From positions 64,001-113,936 of the IMG/VR virus record IMGVR_UViG_3300046804_001058: 49,936 nt of DNA. The stretch is one strand, 5' to 3'. Below, one piece after another: positions 1 to 8,795 of this stretch. The notes beneath the pieces were generated by a model, which saw only the letters and a list, made by a program, of their open reading frames with translations, was not told the DNA's origin and did no database searches. Source of the DNA: a virus. Lineage: Duplodnaviria; Heunggongvirae; Uroviricota; Caudoviricetes. The number at the start of each line of letters is the position of its first letter. The first letter of the stretch is position 1. A program made the translations under genes and the position numbers.

Positions 1-2238
1 TTCATATTGTGGTAAGTTTCTAGCTACAATAGGTAGAGCATACCCAATAGCTTCTCTTAGTACAAGCGGATTACATTCCCATGTGCTATTAAACATAAAG
101 ATGTCTGCAGCTTTTAAGAATTCATCTACATCATCTCTTTCTCCCCACACTTTAACATTGCTTGGTAAGTCTTCCATCAGTGGTTCCCAATACTCTCTAA
201 AGTTAGGAGCTTGATTACCTACAAAATGAAAGTCCATATGAGGATATCTCTTAGCTATCTCTATACCTTCCTTTTGATTCTTACCAGGAGTCCATAGTCC
301 TACATTAACAACAGCAGTTTTAAATGGAGCAAAGCCCAATCTATCTTTAGCCATTATCTTTGATAAGATACCTGGTTGTTTATTCTCTATAGGAAACTGT
401 ATTACCTTCTTGTGAGCTTTCATATTAGCAAATGTCTTAAGGTGATATGTTGTACAGAAAGCATATGCTTCTGGCTCATACTTCTTAAGGTTGTCTGGAT
501 TAAACCAAACATTATGACAAGTCTCTACAATTCTCCATGTTCTATCAGGAGCATATAATGCATCTAGTAACTCAGGGCTCACTTGATTAAAGCTCTCAAA
601 TCCTTCCAACATCTCCTCTACATGCACAATATCAATATCATTTCTTTTGATAATGTCTATTAGCTCCATCTTATTCTCACCTAGTGTAAAGAATCTATTA
701 TCAGGTACTAATTCTTTGATTTGATTCTTTTGTACTACGTACACTGGACTGAAGTTGGAATACTCCACTACATAAATTCGTACGTAATTTTGTAGTTCCT
801 GCACTCTTTTTAGGAGGAAAGAAGGCATACCACCTGTAGACAAGTGAGGAGCTAAGAACAATACATTTAACCTATTCTCTGTATGTACCAAATTATCTAT
901 CATATTATGCATTATTTTTGGATCTTTCTCTCCGTGTAAGAATAATAGTTTATGTTTGCTATCTGGTAATCTATACCAACTACTGTGGTGTTTTCCCCAC
1001 TCAAGTTTGTTGTATATATCTTCTATTCTATCTAGACTAGCGTTAGTGTAGATATATGGTAAACCGTCTAACACTCCCCACTTCCACAATAATACATTGG
1101 CTATTGTTTCTTCATGGTATGGAGCATACCACTCATGGTTAGCTAACACCTTAGGATTGATACACATCCAATACCACTCATCTAAGAAATCAAAACAGTA
1201 ATGGTTGGCTACAAAGTATCCTGTCTGTCTGTATCTCTGTCTGATGTATTGATTAACACCAAACAATTCACATGCTGGTGCCTCAAGAGTAGTTGACATG
1301 TCTTCTCTAGTATCAGCCCCACCTCTACCATTAATGTGTAGATAGTCATAGATACCCTCTACAAAGTAAGGATAGTTCATCTTAGGATACATATCAAAGA
1401 TGCTATCAATATATTCTGTAGCCACACTATCAGAATCTATATAAGCTACAGTGTGAGCATACTTTAATAACGCATCTTTAACAATTCTAGGACGTTCTAT
1501 CAACAGTCTATAAACGTCCTTATCACTTCTGTCAATATAGTTGTTGATAGAATCTATCACTGGAACATTACACTGCCAGTTGACCACCTCAGCACCAGGT
1601 ATATGGGCATCAGTGTTAAGTAAATATACGTAAATAGGAAGTTCACTAAAGGTTTGTATAGAAGCTACACAAGCTTTCACTGTAGGAATATACGCTGCAT
1701 TTGCATATAAAACGTACGCTTTTTCAACCTTTACAGGCTTATTTGTATAGTATCCATATAGGTGATTGCTGTAAAGTTCAATTAGTTCAGGATACCTAGT
1801 CTTCATTACATCATGAGTTAGGTCCTCTTGGAGATGGGTTTCATACTCATTACCATACTCCTCACCATCTTGAGCCATCATATATGGTACAGCTACTAAA
1901 CATTCTTTGCCTGCATTTGTTATATCTGTAATAAGTTTCTGCCCTTCTTCAGCTGTAAGGTGTTCTAATATATCTCCTAGAATTATGTAGTCATATTCTG
2001 AATAGTCAAACGTACGAATATCTCCATTGTGGATAACTCCATAATGATCCCAGAGCTTAAATTCATCAATATATGGTGCCCAAACTTCAAGAGCGTCCAT
2101 GTTGTATCCAAATTCTCCCAAAAGCTTGGCATAAGTACCCTGTCCTGGGCCCACATCCAATATTTTTTTCGTGTGTGATACATGATGTCTAAAGTATTCT
2201 TTGATCTCTGGTTTATAAAAAGTGTAACTATTGGGCAT
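1..2238 (-). CDS. Multidomain class I SAM methyltransferase + GT-A (DxD) glycosyltransferase + GT-B (GT4-like) glycosyltransferase; 3' end runs off window
   Basis: Manual translation from ATG 2238 is open for 746 codons to base 1. Motifs: ILDVGPGQGTY and YIILGDILEHL (MTase); YIDSDSV (DxD); FLAPHLSTGGMP and FLKAADIFMFNSTWECNPLVLREAIG (GT4). Confidence 0.88.
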   Translation of the reverse strand, partial: MPNSYTFYKPEIKEYFRHHVSHTKKILDVGPGQGTYAKLLGEFGYNMDALEVWAPYIDEFKLWDHYGVIHNGDIRTFDYSEYDYIILGDILEHLTAEEGQKLITDITNAGKECLVAVPYMMAQDGEEYGNEYETHLQEDLTHDVMKTRYPELIELYSNHLYGYYTNKPVKVEKAYVLYANAAYIPTVKACVASIQTFSELPIYVYLLNTDAHIPGAEVVNWQCNVPVIDSINNYIDRSDKDVYRLLIERPRIVKDALLKYAHTVAYIDSDSVATEYIDSIFDMYPKMNYPYFVEGIYDYLHINGRGGADTREDMSTTLEAPACELFGVNQYIRQRYRQTGYFVANHYCFDFLDEWYWMCINPKVLANHEWYAPYHEETIANVLLWKWGVLDGLPYIYTNASLDRIEDIYNKLEWGKHHSSWYRLPDSKHKLLFLHGEKDPKIMHNMIDNLVHTENRLNVLFLAPHLSTGGMPSFLLKRVQELQNYVRIYVVEYSNFSPVYVVQKNQIKELVPDNRFFTLGENKMELIDIIKRNDIDIVHVEEMLEGFESFNQVSPELLDALYAPDRTWRIVETCHNVWFNPDNLKKYEPEAYAFCTTYHLKTFANMKAHKKVIQFPIENKQPGILSKIMAKDRLGFAPFKTAVVNVGLWTPGKNQKEGIEIAKRYPHMDFHFVGNQAPNFREYWEPLMEDLPSNVKVWGERDDVDEFLKAADIFMFNSTWECNPLVLREAIGYALPIVARNLPQYE

Positions 2239-2242
2239 AGTG

Positions 2243-2273
2243 TTGGCTATTTTCAACAAAAATACTATATTTG
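2243..2273 (+). promoter_or_regulatory. Bacteroidota-type sigma70 promoter
   Basis: TTG(2243)-N20-TATATTTG(2266-2273) upstream of ATG 2297. Confidence 0.65.
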
Positions 2274-2296
2274 TTGAAATTAAACAACATTTTGTT

Positions 2297-2665
2297 ATGA
2301 GAATAGAAGTAAGTATAGGAGAAGTTGTAGATAAATGGACCATATTATCTATCAAAACTTTAAATATTTCAGACAATTCAAAGCTAGAGAACGTCAATAA
2401 GGAGAGAGCCTACTTGAATACGGTGATAGATCCTGAGATTCTACATGACCCCTTAACAGACAGACTTCTTGAAGTGAACAAAGCTCTCTGGAAAGTGGAA
2501 GATTTGATAAGAGAGTTTGAGAGAGTACGCAGTTTTGGACCAGAGTTTATTGACTTGGCTAGATCTGTTTACAAATTGAATGACAGTAGAGCAAATATTA
2601 AAAAAGAAATTAATATAAAGTATGGTTCTGAATTTGTAGAGGAGAAATCCTACCAACCATACTAG
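2297..2665 (+). CDS. DUF6165-like small protein
   Basis: MRIEVSIGEVVDKWTILSIK...VNKALWKVEDLIRE...NDSRANIKKEIN...EEKSY; start moved to ATG 2297 behind the promoter. Confidence 0.7.
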   Translation: MRIEVSIGEVVDKWTILSIKTLNISDNSKLENVNKERAYLNTVIDPEILHDPLTDRLLEVNKALWKVEDLIREFERVRSFGPEFIDLARSVYKLNDSRANIKKEINIKYGSEFVEEKSYQPY

Positions 2666-2673
2666 AAAAAAAA

Positions 2674-2705
2674 TTTGGTTAATTCATTTATTTTACATAC
2701 CTTTG
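2674..2705 (+). promoter_or_regulatory. Bacteroidota-type sigma70 promoter
   Basis: TTTG(2674)-N20-TACCTTTG(2698-2705). Confidence 0.7.
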
Positions 2706-2714
2706 GCCATTATT

Positions 2715-2921
2715 ATGCCATTAGTCAAACGACATGTTGCAAAAACTATAAGTTATAGAATTATAAGCACCCTGATTGGGTTTCTAATCATGTGGTGGAT
2801 CTCTGGTTCTATCAAAGTGGGAGCTGCTTTTGGAGTAGCTGAGCTTATCTATAAGCCCCTACAATACTATATCCACGAACGAGTTTGGTACAGATGGATT
2901 AAGTACGGCCTCAAGAAATAA
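2715..2921 (+). CDS. DUF2061-like small membrane protein
   Basis: RHVAKTISYRIIST...YYIHERVWYRWIKYG with two hydrophobic segments. Confidence 0.75.
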   Translation: MPLVKRHVAKTISYRIISTLIGFLIMWWISGSIKVGAAFGVAELIYKPLQYYIHERVWYRWIKYGLKK

Positions 2922-3001
2922 CCTTTTCTTATTTTATAAACTACATAGATGTGCCTTCTTCTGTAATGGGAGAGGGCTTTCTATTTTCATTCCTTTTATA
3001 G

Positions 3002-3307
3002 ATGAATAAACAAGAAAGTTCTGTAATCACAGAAGTTAAAACATGGATATTCCCTGGCATCATTAGCCTAATTGGCATATTTGCTGGTATGATGCTTAAT
3101 GGCATCAAGAGTGATTTAGCAGAAGTTAAAGCTGATGTTAAAGCTCTCATGGCTCAGTCTAACATAGACAAAACTAGAATTGATAACTTGGAGAGACAAG
3201 TGTACAAATCAGTGGCATCTACTCCACTTAGACCTTTTGAGAAAGAGCCTGTTAGAGATATGGTATATGCAGTGTTACCAGATAACAAAATCAAATTTAG
3301 CAAATGA
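3002..3307 (+). CDS. Single-TM coiled-coil protein, holin/antiholin candidate
   Basis: TM WIFPGIISLIGIFAGMML followed by heptads; heads the lysis region. Confidence 0.5.
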   Translation: MNKQESSVITEVKTWIFPGIISLIGIFAGMMLNGIKSDLAEVKADVKALMAQSNIDKTRIDNLERQVYKSVASTPLRPFEKEPVRDMVYAVLPDNKIKFSK

Positions 3308-3525
3308 GTTTTAAACAATTTATAACAAGCATGCTTGCAGATGAGCGAGGGTCCACTAGTCACAAGAGAGTTATTGTGAGCTTGGGGGCTTTGTGTTTAT
3401 TTGTAGGTTTGTTTATACCTCACATCAATGAGCATGTGGCAGAACTAGTTGCTGGTATTGTAGCCTTTGGTATGGGATTTACTACTTGGGATAAGTTTTC
3501 ACTTAAAAAGAAAAATGATGAATAA
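3304..3525 (+). CDS. Putative holin (2 TM, basic C-terminus)
   Basis: 73 aa, two TM segments, KKKNDE tail, upstream of the endolysin. Confidence 0.55.
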   Translation: MSFKQFITSMLADERGSTSHKRVIVSLGALCLFVGLFIPHINEHVAELVAGIVAFGMGFTTWDKFSLKKKNDE

Positions 3526-4129
3526 ATTACTGACGGTAATCATAGCAGGACTTATCCTGTTTATAGCAGTTGGAAAAGGTGGAGGTTGTCACAGTGGTGG
3601 TGCTAAGAAATCAGACACTACTATTGTACGTGATACACAATGGGCTGTACATGACACAATTATCTACAAAACATTAAAAGGAAAGACATTGCATGATACA
3701 ATTGTTACTCCTCCTCAATACATAGCAGATACAAACTATCCTGCTTTGTTGGTTCAGTACAAAGAGTTATTAAGTAAATACCTAGCTCTTGTAGAATATA
3801 GAGATACAATTAGACTTGATACTCTTGGTTATGTAGCTATTCTAGATACAATTAATCAGAATGCTATCAAGGGACGCTCTGTAAGAACTAACTACAAAAT
3901 TCCTACAATTACAAATACAGTTACCATTCAACATTATGAAAAGCCTAAGGCTCAATTGTTCTATGGTGGTGGTATAGATCTAAGTCCAACATTAGCTCCT
4001 ACTGGTGCTCATGGTGGATTATTACTTAAAACTAAAAAGGATCAGATAATTGGTCTTCAGGTTGGTACAGGTATTGGTGGAGGCATCAATTATGGCTTCA
4101 GCAGTTATTGGAAAATTAAATTGAAATAA
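3515..4129 (+). CDS. Membrane-anchored protein, spanin-like candidate
   Basis: N-terminal TM/lipobox-like GGGC, DTxIVRDT repeats, C-terminal beta-rich part ending YWKIKLK; lies in the lysis cassette. Confidence 0.5.
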   Translation: MMNKLLTVIIAGLILFIAVGKGGGCHSGGAKKSDTTIVRDTQWAVHDTIIYKTLKGKTLHDTIVTPPQYIADTNYPALLVQYKELLSKYLALVEYRDTIRLDTLGYVAILDTINQNAIKGRSVRTNYKIPTITNTVTIQHYEKPKAQLFYGGGIDLSPTLAPTGAHGGLLLKTKKDQIIGLQVGTGIGGGINYGFSSYWKIKLK

Positions 4130-4130
4130 A

Positions 4131-4304
4131 ATGAAGAAAATTATAGCTTTTATTAAAGGGTTATTTGCTAAGGAAGAAGAACTTCATGTTGGTAAATATG
4201 CAGAGATTAAGAAAGAATTAATAGAAGAAAAGAAAGCGGTAGCTCAGGAAGTACCTGCAGCTCCAAAGAAGAAAAAGAAAAAGAAGAAAGATGAACTTAA
4301 GTAA
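4131..4304 (+). CDS. Small Lys-tailed hypothetical protein (57 aa)
   Basis: MKKIIAFIKGLFAKEEEL...PKKKKKKKKDELK; fills the gap and overlaps the endolysin start. Confidence 0.6.
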   Translation: MKKIIAFIKGLFAKEEELHVGKYAEIKKELIEEKKAVAQEVPAAPKKKKKKKKDELK

Positions 4305-4890
4305 GTTAAAAGGACATATTCCTGATAGTGTAATAGATCAAATTCCTGGTATCCAGGATAAGTTTGGTATTAATACAGAATTAAGACTTGCTCATTTTCT
4401 TGCACAAGCTGGACATGAGTCTGGTGGATTTAAAGTGACTAATGAGAATCTAAACTATTCTGCTAAAGGCTTGATGAAAATCTTCAAAAAGTACTTCCCT
4501 AGTGAAGCAATAGCTAATGAATATGCTAAGAAACCTCAGAAGATTGCTAATCGTGTATATTCAGGAAGAATGGGTAATGGTAATGAAGCTACAGGAGATG
4601 GATACAAGTTCCGTGGTAGAGGTTACATTCAATTAACTGGACGTAGCAATTATACAGCGTTTGGTGATTCACTTGGTGTGGCTATTGAAGAAACTCCTGA
4701 TTTAGTGGCTACAGAACATGCGTTGTCTTCAGCTGCTTGGTTCTGGAGTAAGAATGGATTAAATAAAATTGCAGATACAGGAGCTACAGATGCTGCTGTT
4801 ACAATGATTACTAAGCGTGTTAATGGTGGTACAATTGGTTTGGCTGATCGTATCAAACACTTCAAAGAGTATTATTCATTATTAAAATAA
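4291..4890 (+). CDS. GH19 (chitinase-like) endolysin
   Basis: LAHFLAQAGHESGGF, ENLNYS, FRGRGYIQLTGRSNY, AAWFW, TKRVNGGTIGLADR. Confidence 0.92.
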   Translation: MNLSKLKGHIPDSVIDQIPGIQDKFGINTELRLAHFLAQAGHESGGFKVTNENLNYSAKGLMKIFKKYFPSEAIANEYAKKPQKIANRVYSGRMGNGNEATGDGYKFRGRGYIQLTGRSNYTAFGDSLGVAIEETPDLVATEHALSSAAWFWSKNGLNKIADTGATDAAVTMITKRVNGGTIGLADRIKHFKEYYSLLK

Positions 4891-4896
4891 ACCAAC

Positions 4897-5025
4897 ATGG
4901 CAAAGGCTAAAGGTGCTGCATCAGCAAAGAAAGTTACTTTTGGTAAGAGAAAAGGTGGCAAAGCTGCTAAATCTCAAGGTCCAAAAGACAAACCAGTTAA
5001 GAAATATCGTGGTCAAGGTAAGTAA
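4897..5025 (+). CDS. Small basic protein (42 aa, ends KKYRGQGK)
   Basis: Manual translation; AACATGG start context like neighbouring genes. Confidence 0.65.
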   Translation: MAKAKGAASAKKVTFGKRKGGKAAKSQGPKDKPVKKYRGQGK

Positions 5026-5638
5026 TATATTAGATAGATTAGCATTAAGTTTCATATGTTTAGTAGGTATATGGATAGTATTTGCGTTGCTTATTCAAGT
5101 GACAGCAATCAGCTTACACTTTACAGGACATGATGATATTTTATCTAAAGCTTCTAACTGGTTCACTTGGAAATTTGATGGTAGATTTAAAAATGATCCA
5201 GGAAACATTTGGTATGAAGAGCCAAAAGATATTGCAATTGGAAACATTACAAACAAAGTTAAAATTGGACCAGTAGCTGGTAATAGAAAGCTAGAGTTTG
5301 GTGTTAAGAATGTAATAGAAGAAGTTTTACAGGATAAGGAGTATAGTATAGATCATGCTTCTGATCAAAGAATTGACATTGATATTGTATACTTGGATGT
5401 GTTAAAAACACAATCTAGTTTTTCAGTAATACATAATAATAAAGAATCTGTAGTAATTAGACTGTATGGAACAATTATCAAAGATGGCAAAGTTATTAAA
5501 AAGGCTCTTGTTGAAGAGTCTGCGGATGAAACAAGTATGTCCACTTTATTGATAGATGAAGGGGGCAAGTTTAACCAACAAAATCTATCAACGGCTCTGA
5601 AGAAGGCATGTAACTCATTGGTTAACAAATTATTATAA
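5009..5638 (+). CDS. Membrane-anchored CsgG/LptE-fold-like protein (paralogue of 8795-9514)
   Basis: In-frame GTG 5009 precedes a TM segment; KLEFGVKNVIEEVL and KFNQQNLSTALKKAC resemble motifs of the 8795 protein. Confidence 0.6.
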   Translation: MVKVSNILDRLALSFICLVGIWIVFALLIQVTAISLHFTGHDDILSKASNWFTWKFDGRFKNDPGNIWYEEPKDIAIGNITNKVKIGPVAGNRKLEFGVKNVIEEVLQDKEYSIDHASDQRIDIDIVYLDVLKTQSSFSVIHNNKESVVIRLYGTIIKDGKVIKKALVEESADETSMSTLLIDEGGKFNQQNLSTALKKACNSLVNKLL

Positions 5639-7371
5639 TGAAAAAACTATTATTACTTGTCACAATTTTTCAAATAATTGTGACAGTTTCTTATGGTCAA
5701 AACCCTGAATTGAAAATAGTCCCTAATATTGTATCAACAAATATTAGAGGAGGAGTGATTAAAAAAGGAGACACTGTACAAGTGTCTTTGGTATATAAAG
5801 CAGCTGCAGGTAAATCTGTACGTTCTTTCTACCTAGATTTTCAACACCAAATTACAGCAATCAACATGTTAGACTTAACATTTGGTAATGCTGTTCCTCA
5901 AGGTGCACAAACATCTTATCAGAACACGTACTATCCTGGTTATTTCCTAAATAGAACTCCACAAAATACAACTGAGTCTGGTCAAACTAACTCTAACAAC
6001 TTGAGTTACGGATATAGTCAAACTAGTGGTAAAGCTATTAATCGTATCTGGGCAGTGTCTAGTCAAGACTTAGTAGATGGTACACTATGTAACATTAGAT
6101 TTAAAGTGGAGCAAGTGTCTGCAGGTTTTGCATATGACTCTATCTATTACAACTTTGCACAAGCATATAGTGGTAACTATGGAGGAATGTATTATGATGT
6201 AAAGATGCCTAAACCCAACTCAGCTTGGATAAATGTATTAGCTACATCTAATGCCCTTGTTAACGGACAAATAAAACTAAATAGTAACCTTACAGGATCT
6301 TATCAACCTCAGGTGGTATTTGTTGATTCAGCAACTAGTATTGTAAAAGCTACAGTTGTTCCTTCTGCTAATGGTACATTCACTCTTGGTAGTCAGTTAC
6401 TTCCTAACACTGCATATAAAGTTTATTTAAATGTTGTGTCAGATAGTATTCCTGCCATCCTTAACAAAGCTATTACAGTGAGTGATTACACTGCAGCGGC
6501 TACAGAGTTTGTAAAACAAAACCTAGATGGTACGTTTACTAATAGTAATATTGCTTCTGGTATTGGTTACATGGCAGCTGATGTAAATGGTAATAGGGTG
6601 CTTGATGGTGGAGATGTTACAGCATTGTTTGCACAAGCTGTAGGAGCTGACACAATCTTTGCAGCACAACAGGGACAGACTTTATGGAATGTACCTGCTT
6701 TCTTAACTGATACGTATGATACACTATCTGCTACCTCTTGGAAGAATGTAACAGACAAGTATACAGTACATTTTAGAACAGGAGACACTGCTAAGTCATT
6801 AAGTATTAACTATTTGATCCCTGGAGATATTAATAGGTCTCATAGCTCAGCTAGAACACAGGCAAATAGTGTTACTACTTACTCCACACCAATGGAGAAT
6901 GTTATAAGATCGTTTAGTGCTAGTTCATATATAAATACACAAGCTACTACAGCTCAGTCTATAGATGTAAGTTTAAACAATCTTACAGTGACATCTAACG
7001 AGTTTACAATTCCTATAACTGTAGATACAAAAGGTGGAAGTTTATCTGGACTACAGTTTGAGTTTGTATATGATCCAACTAAAGTGAAATTTGAATCTAT
7101 AAAAGCAGATATGCCTACATGGGTAGTGTTTGTAAATAATCATGATGGCCGTGTGAAGTTTGGTGCTGTAGATAAAGATGTAAAGACTCCTTATACAGGT
7201 AAAGATTTAACTCCGTTTAAGTTAGTGTTCTCTACACTACAAAATGGTTTAAACATAAACTCAGCTATTAAGGTGACATCTAATATGGATGCTTCAGATA
7301 TGAAAGGTAACCAAGTGGGCATCAATCTCAATTCAACAACAATTAAATTAACAGGATACAATAATTTTTAA
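5638..7371 (+). CDS. Secreted cohesin-/dockerin-like multidomain protein
   Basis: Sec signal (...VSYG/Q); cohesin-like N- and C-terminal domains (FTIPITVD...LSGLQFEFVYDPTKVKF...VKFGAVD); EF-loop dockerin-like AADVNGNRVLDGGDVTAL. Confidence 0.75.
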   Translation: MKKLLLLVTIFQIIVTVSYGQNPELKIVPNIVSTNIRGGVIKKGDTVQVSLVYKAAAGKSVRSFYLDFQHQITAINMLDLTFGNAVPQGAQTSYQNTYYPGYFLNRTPQNTTESGQTNSNNLSYGYSQTSGKAINRIWAVSSQDLVDGTLCNIRFKVEQVSAGFAYDSIYYNFAQAYSGNYGGMYYDVKMPKPNSAWINVLATSNALVNGQIKLNSNLTGSYQPQVVFVDSATSIVKATVVPSANGTFTLGSQLLPNTAYKVYLNVVSDSIPAILNKAITVSDYTAAATEFVKQNLDGTFTNSNIASGIGYMAADVNGNRVLDGGDVTALFAQAVGADTIFAAQQGQTLWNVPAFLTDTYDTLSATSWKNVTDKYTVHFRTGDTAKSLSINYLIPGDINRSHSSARTQANSVTTYSTPMENVIRSFSASSYINTQATTAQSIDVSLNNLTVTSNEFTIPITVDTKGGSLSGLQFEFVYDPTKVKFESIKADMPTWVVFVNNHDGRVKFGAVDKDVKTPYTGKDLTPFKLVFSTLQNGLNINSAIKVTSNMDASDMKGNQVGINLNSTTIKLTGYNNF

Positions 7372-7372
7372 A

Positions 7373-7753
7373 ATGAAAGAAACACTTAAATTACTTGCAA
7401 TATATATTGGTATTATTATAATTTTTGTAGTTTACTCTTGTACTAAAGTGGATATTCCAGAACCAGTAATTAATTTAGGAACACAATCTACATCTACAGC
7501 AATCACTCATTTGTCTACAGCTATTACATCTGGTAAGGTTGATGTTACAATGAGCGTTACTCCAGGGGCTAAGTACTCTCTTCAGTTAATTGATTTAAAA
7601 GGAGATGTTAAATATGCTACAGGATTCACAGCTGATAACAACGTAGTAATCAAGAACTTAGACTACTCAGATGTTAATTCTGGAGACTACACAATTGTAT
7701 TAATTGATATTTCAGGTAAAGAATATAAAAGATCATTAACCATCAAAAAATAA
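7373..7753 (+). CDS. Lipoprotein with T9SS C-terminal-domain-like Ig fold
   Basis: Signal II ...VVYS/C; YSLQLIDLKGDVK...LDYSDVNSGDYTIVLI...RSLTIKK matches the type A CTD pattern. Confidence 0.6.
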   Translation: MKETLKLLAIYIGIIIIFVVYSCTKVDIPEPVINLGTQSTSTAITHLSTAITSGKVDVTMSVTPGAKYSLQLIDLKGDVKYATGFTADNNVVIKNLDYSDVNSGDYTIVLIDISGKEYKRSLTIKK

Positions 7754-7758
7754 TTATC

Positions 7759-8067
7759 ATGGCAGAAGAACAAGAAGAAAAAGGTGGCACCTCTATTAAG
7801 AGTATTGTCATTGGATTAGTAAGCACTATTACACTAGGTGTGGGTGGCTTTATAACTAATAAGTTAACAGGTGGAGGAGATGAGAAAGAAACTCCTGCAG
7901 TTGCTCAACCAGTTATTAATATCACAAACTCTAATCAGCAGTCTCAAGCTGCAGGTGGTAAGACAGTTATCATCAAAGAAAAGGAAGCAGCTAAACCAGC
8001 TGAACCAGCTAAGCCTCTTAAGAAGAAAGAGGGTGACGAATTTAAAGAAGAAGCTCCAAAGTGGTAA
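7759..8067 (+). CDS. Single-TM hypothetical protein
   Basis: TM SIVIGLVSTITLGVGGFI, QPVINITNSNQQSQ stretch, charged tail ending PKW. Confidence 0.7.
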   Translation: MAEEQEEKGGTSIKSIVIGLVSTITLGVGGFITNKLTGGGDEKETPAVAQPVINITNSNQQSQAAGGKTVIIKEKEAAKPAEPAKPLKKKEGDEFKEEAPKW

Positions 8068-8068
8068 T

Positions 8069-8182
8069 ATGGCAAACGCAAAGAAAAAACCAAAAGCTCA
8101 GAGATCTAGAAGATCTGGTATAAAGAAAGCTGAGCTACTAAAAGCTAACCAACAAGTAATTAAAAAGTATGGACTTATTTAA
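8069..8182 (+). CDS. Small basic protein (37 aa)
   Basis: MANAKKKPKAQRSRRSGIKK...; this is the C-terminal part of track ORF 7871-8182. Confidence 0.55.
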   Translation: MANAKKKPKAQRSRRSGIKKAELLKANQQVIKKYGLI

Positions 8183-8795
8183 ATCAAAACCAGCTGAAGA
8201 AAAGCCTGAGCAAGCTTCAGGTTTTAAAGACTTATTGAATTCAATGATGGAACGTAGATGGTACATCACTGGATTAGTATTAGGATCATTTATATTAATT
8301 ATAGGTGGTATATTCATGGCTCTTAATAACAACATCCCTGCTGCTGCAGAATGGAAAGAGTTATTATTATTAATGTTAGGTGCCTTCATTGGTTCTTACG
8401 GTAAGATCATTGACTACTGGTTCTCTGATACTGACAAAGATAAGATGTTGGTACAGAAGATGGATGAGGAAGATGGTGTGTCTATGTCTCATACCAATGA
8501 CATGAAAGAGTCTAACAAACCTGTAGCTCCAACTATCCCTGATGCATTTGTACAAGGTGCTGCTGCAGCTAGAGACTTAGCTGTTGTAGAAAACAAACAG
8601 AAGCATGAGATAGTGCGTGATGAGCAAGAACACAGACAAGCTCTTGAGATTGATGAACAAGAACATGAGCAAGAAATGGAAAAGCTTAAGCTTGAACATG
8701 AACTAAAAGCTCACAGACAATGTCAACATGTATATGCTGATGTAGATCATGATGGAGACTATGAGTGTATTCACTGTGGTAAAATCAAAGAGTAA
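8169..8795 (+). CDS. 2-TM membrane protein with coiled coil and C-terminal Cys/His motif
   Basis: Two TMs ending GKIIDYWFS; DEQEH repeats; CQH...CIHCG. Confidence 0.75.
   Translation: MDLFKSKPAEEKPEQASGFKDLLNSMMERRWYITGLVLGSFILIIGGIFMALNNNIPAAAEWKELLLLMLGAFIGSYGKIIDYWFSDTDKDKMLVQKMDEEDGVSMSHTNDMKESNKPVAPTIPDAFVQGAAAARDLAVVENKQKHEIVRDEQEHRQALEIDEQEHEQEMEKLKLEHELKAHRQCQHVYADVDHDGDYECIHCGKIKE

Noticed and set aside
376-2183. Track ORFs 376-558 (+) and 1983-2183 (-)
   Set aside because: They overlap the large glycosyltransferase gene in other frames and have no motifs.
1-2230. Apparent ORF desert suggesting stop-codon recoding or a pseudogene
   Set aside because: A single minus-strand frame is open to the window edge. 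Genes elsewhere are intact in code 11, so no TAG/TGA reassignment is needed.
4897-5638. Possible +1 frameshift fusing the small basic ORF to the CsgG-like ORF
   Set aside because: An in-frame GTG at 5009 with an A-rich leader gives a normal start, and no slippery site is evident.
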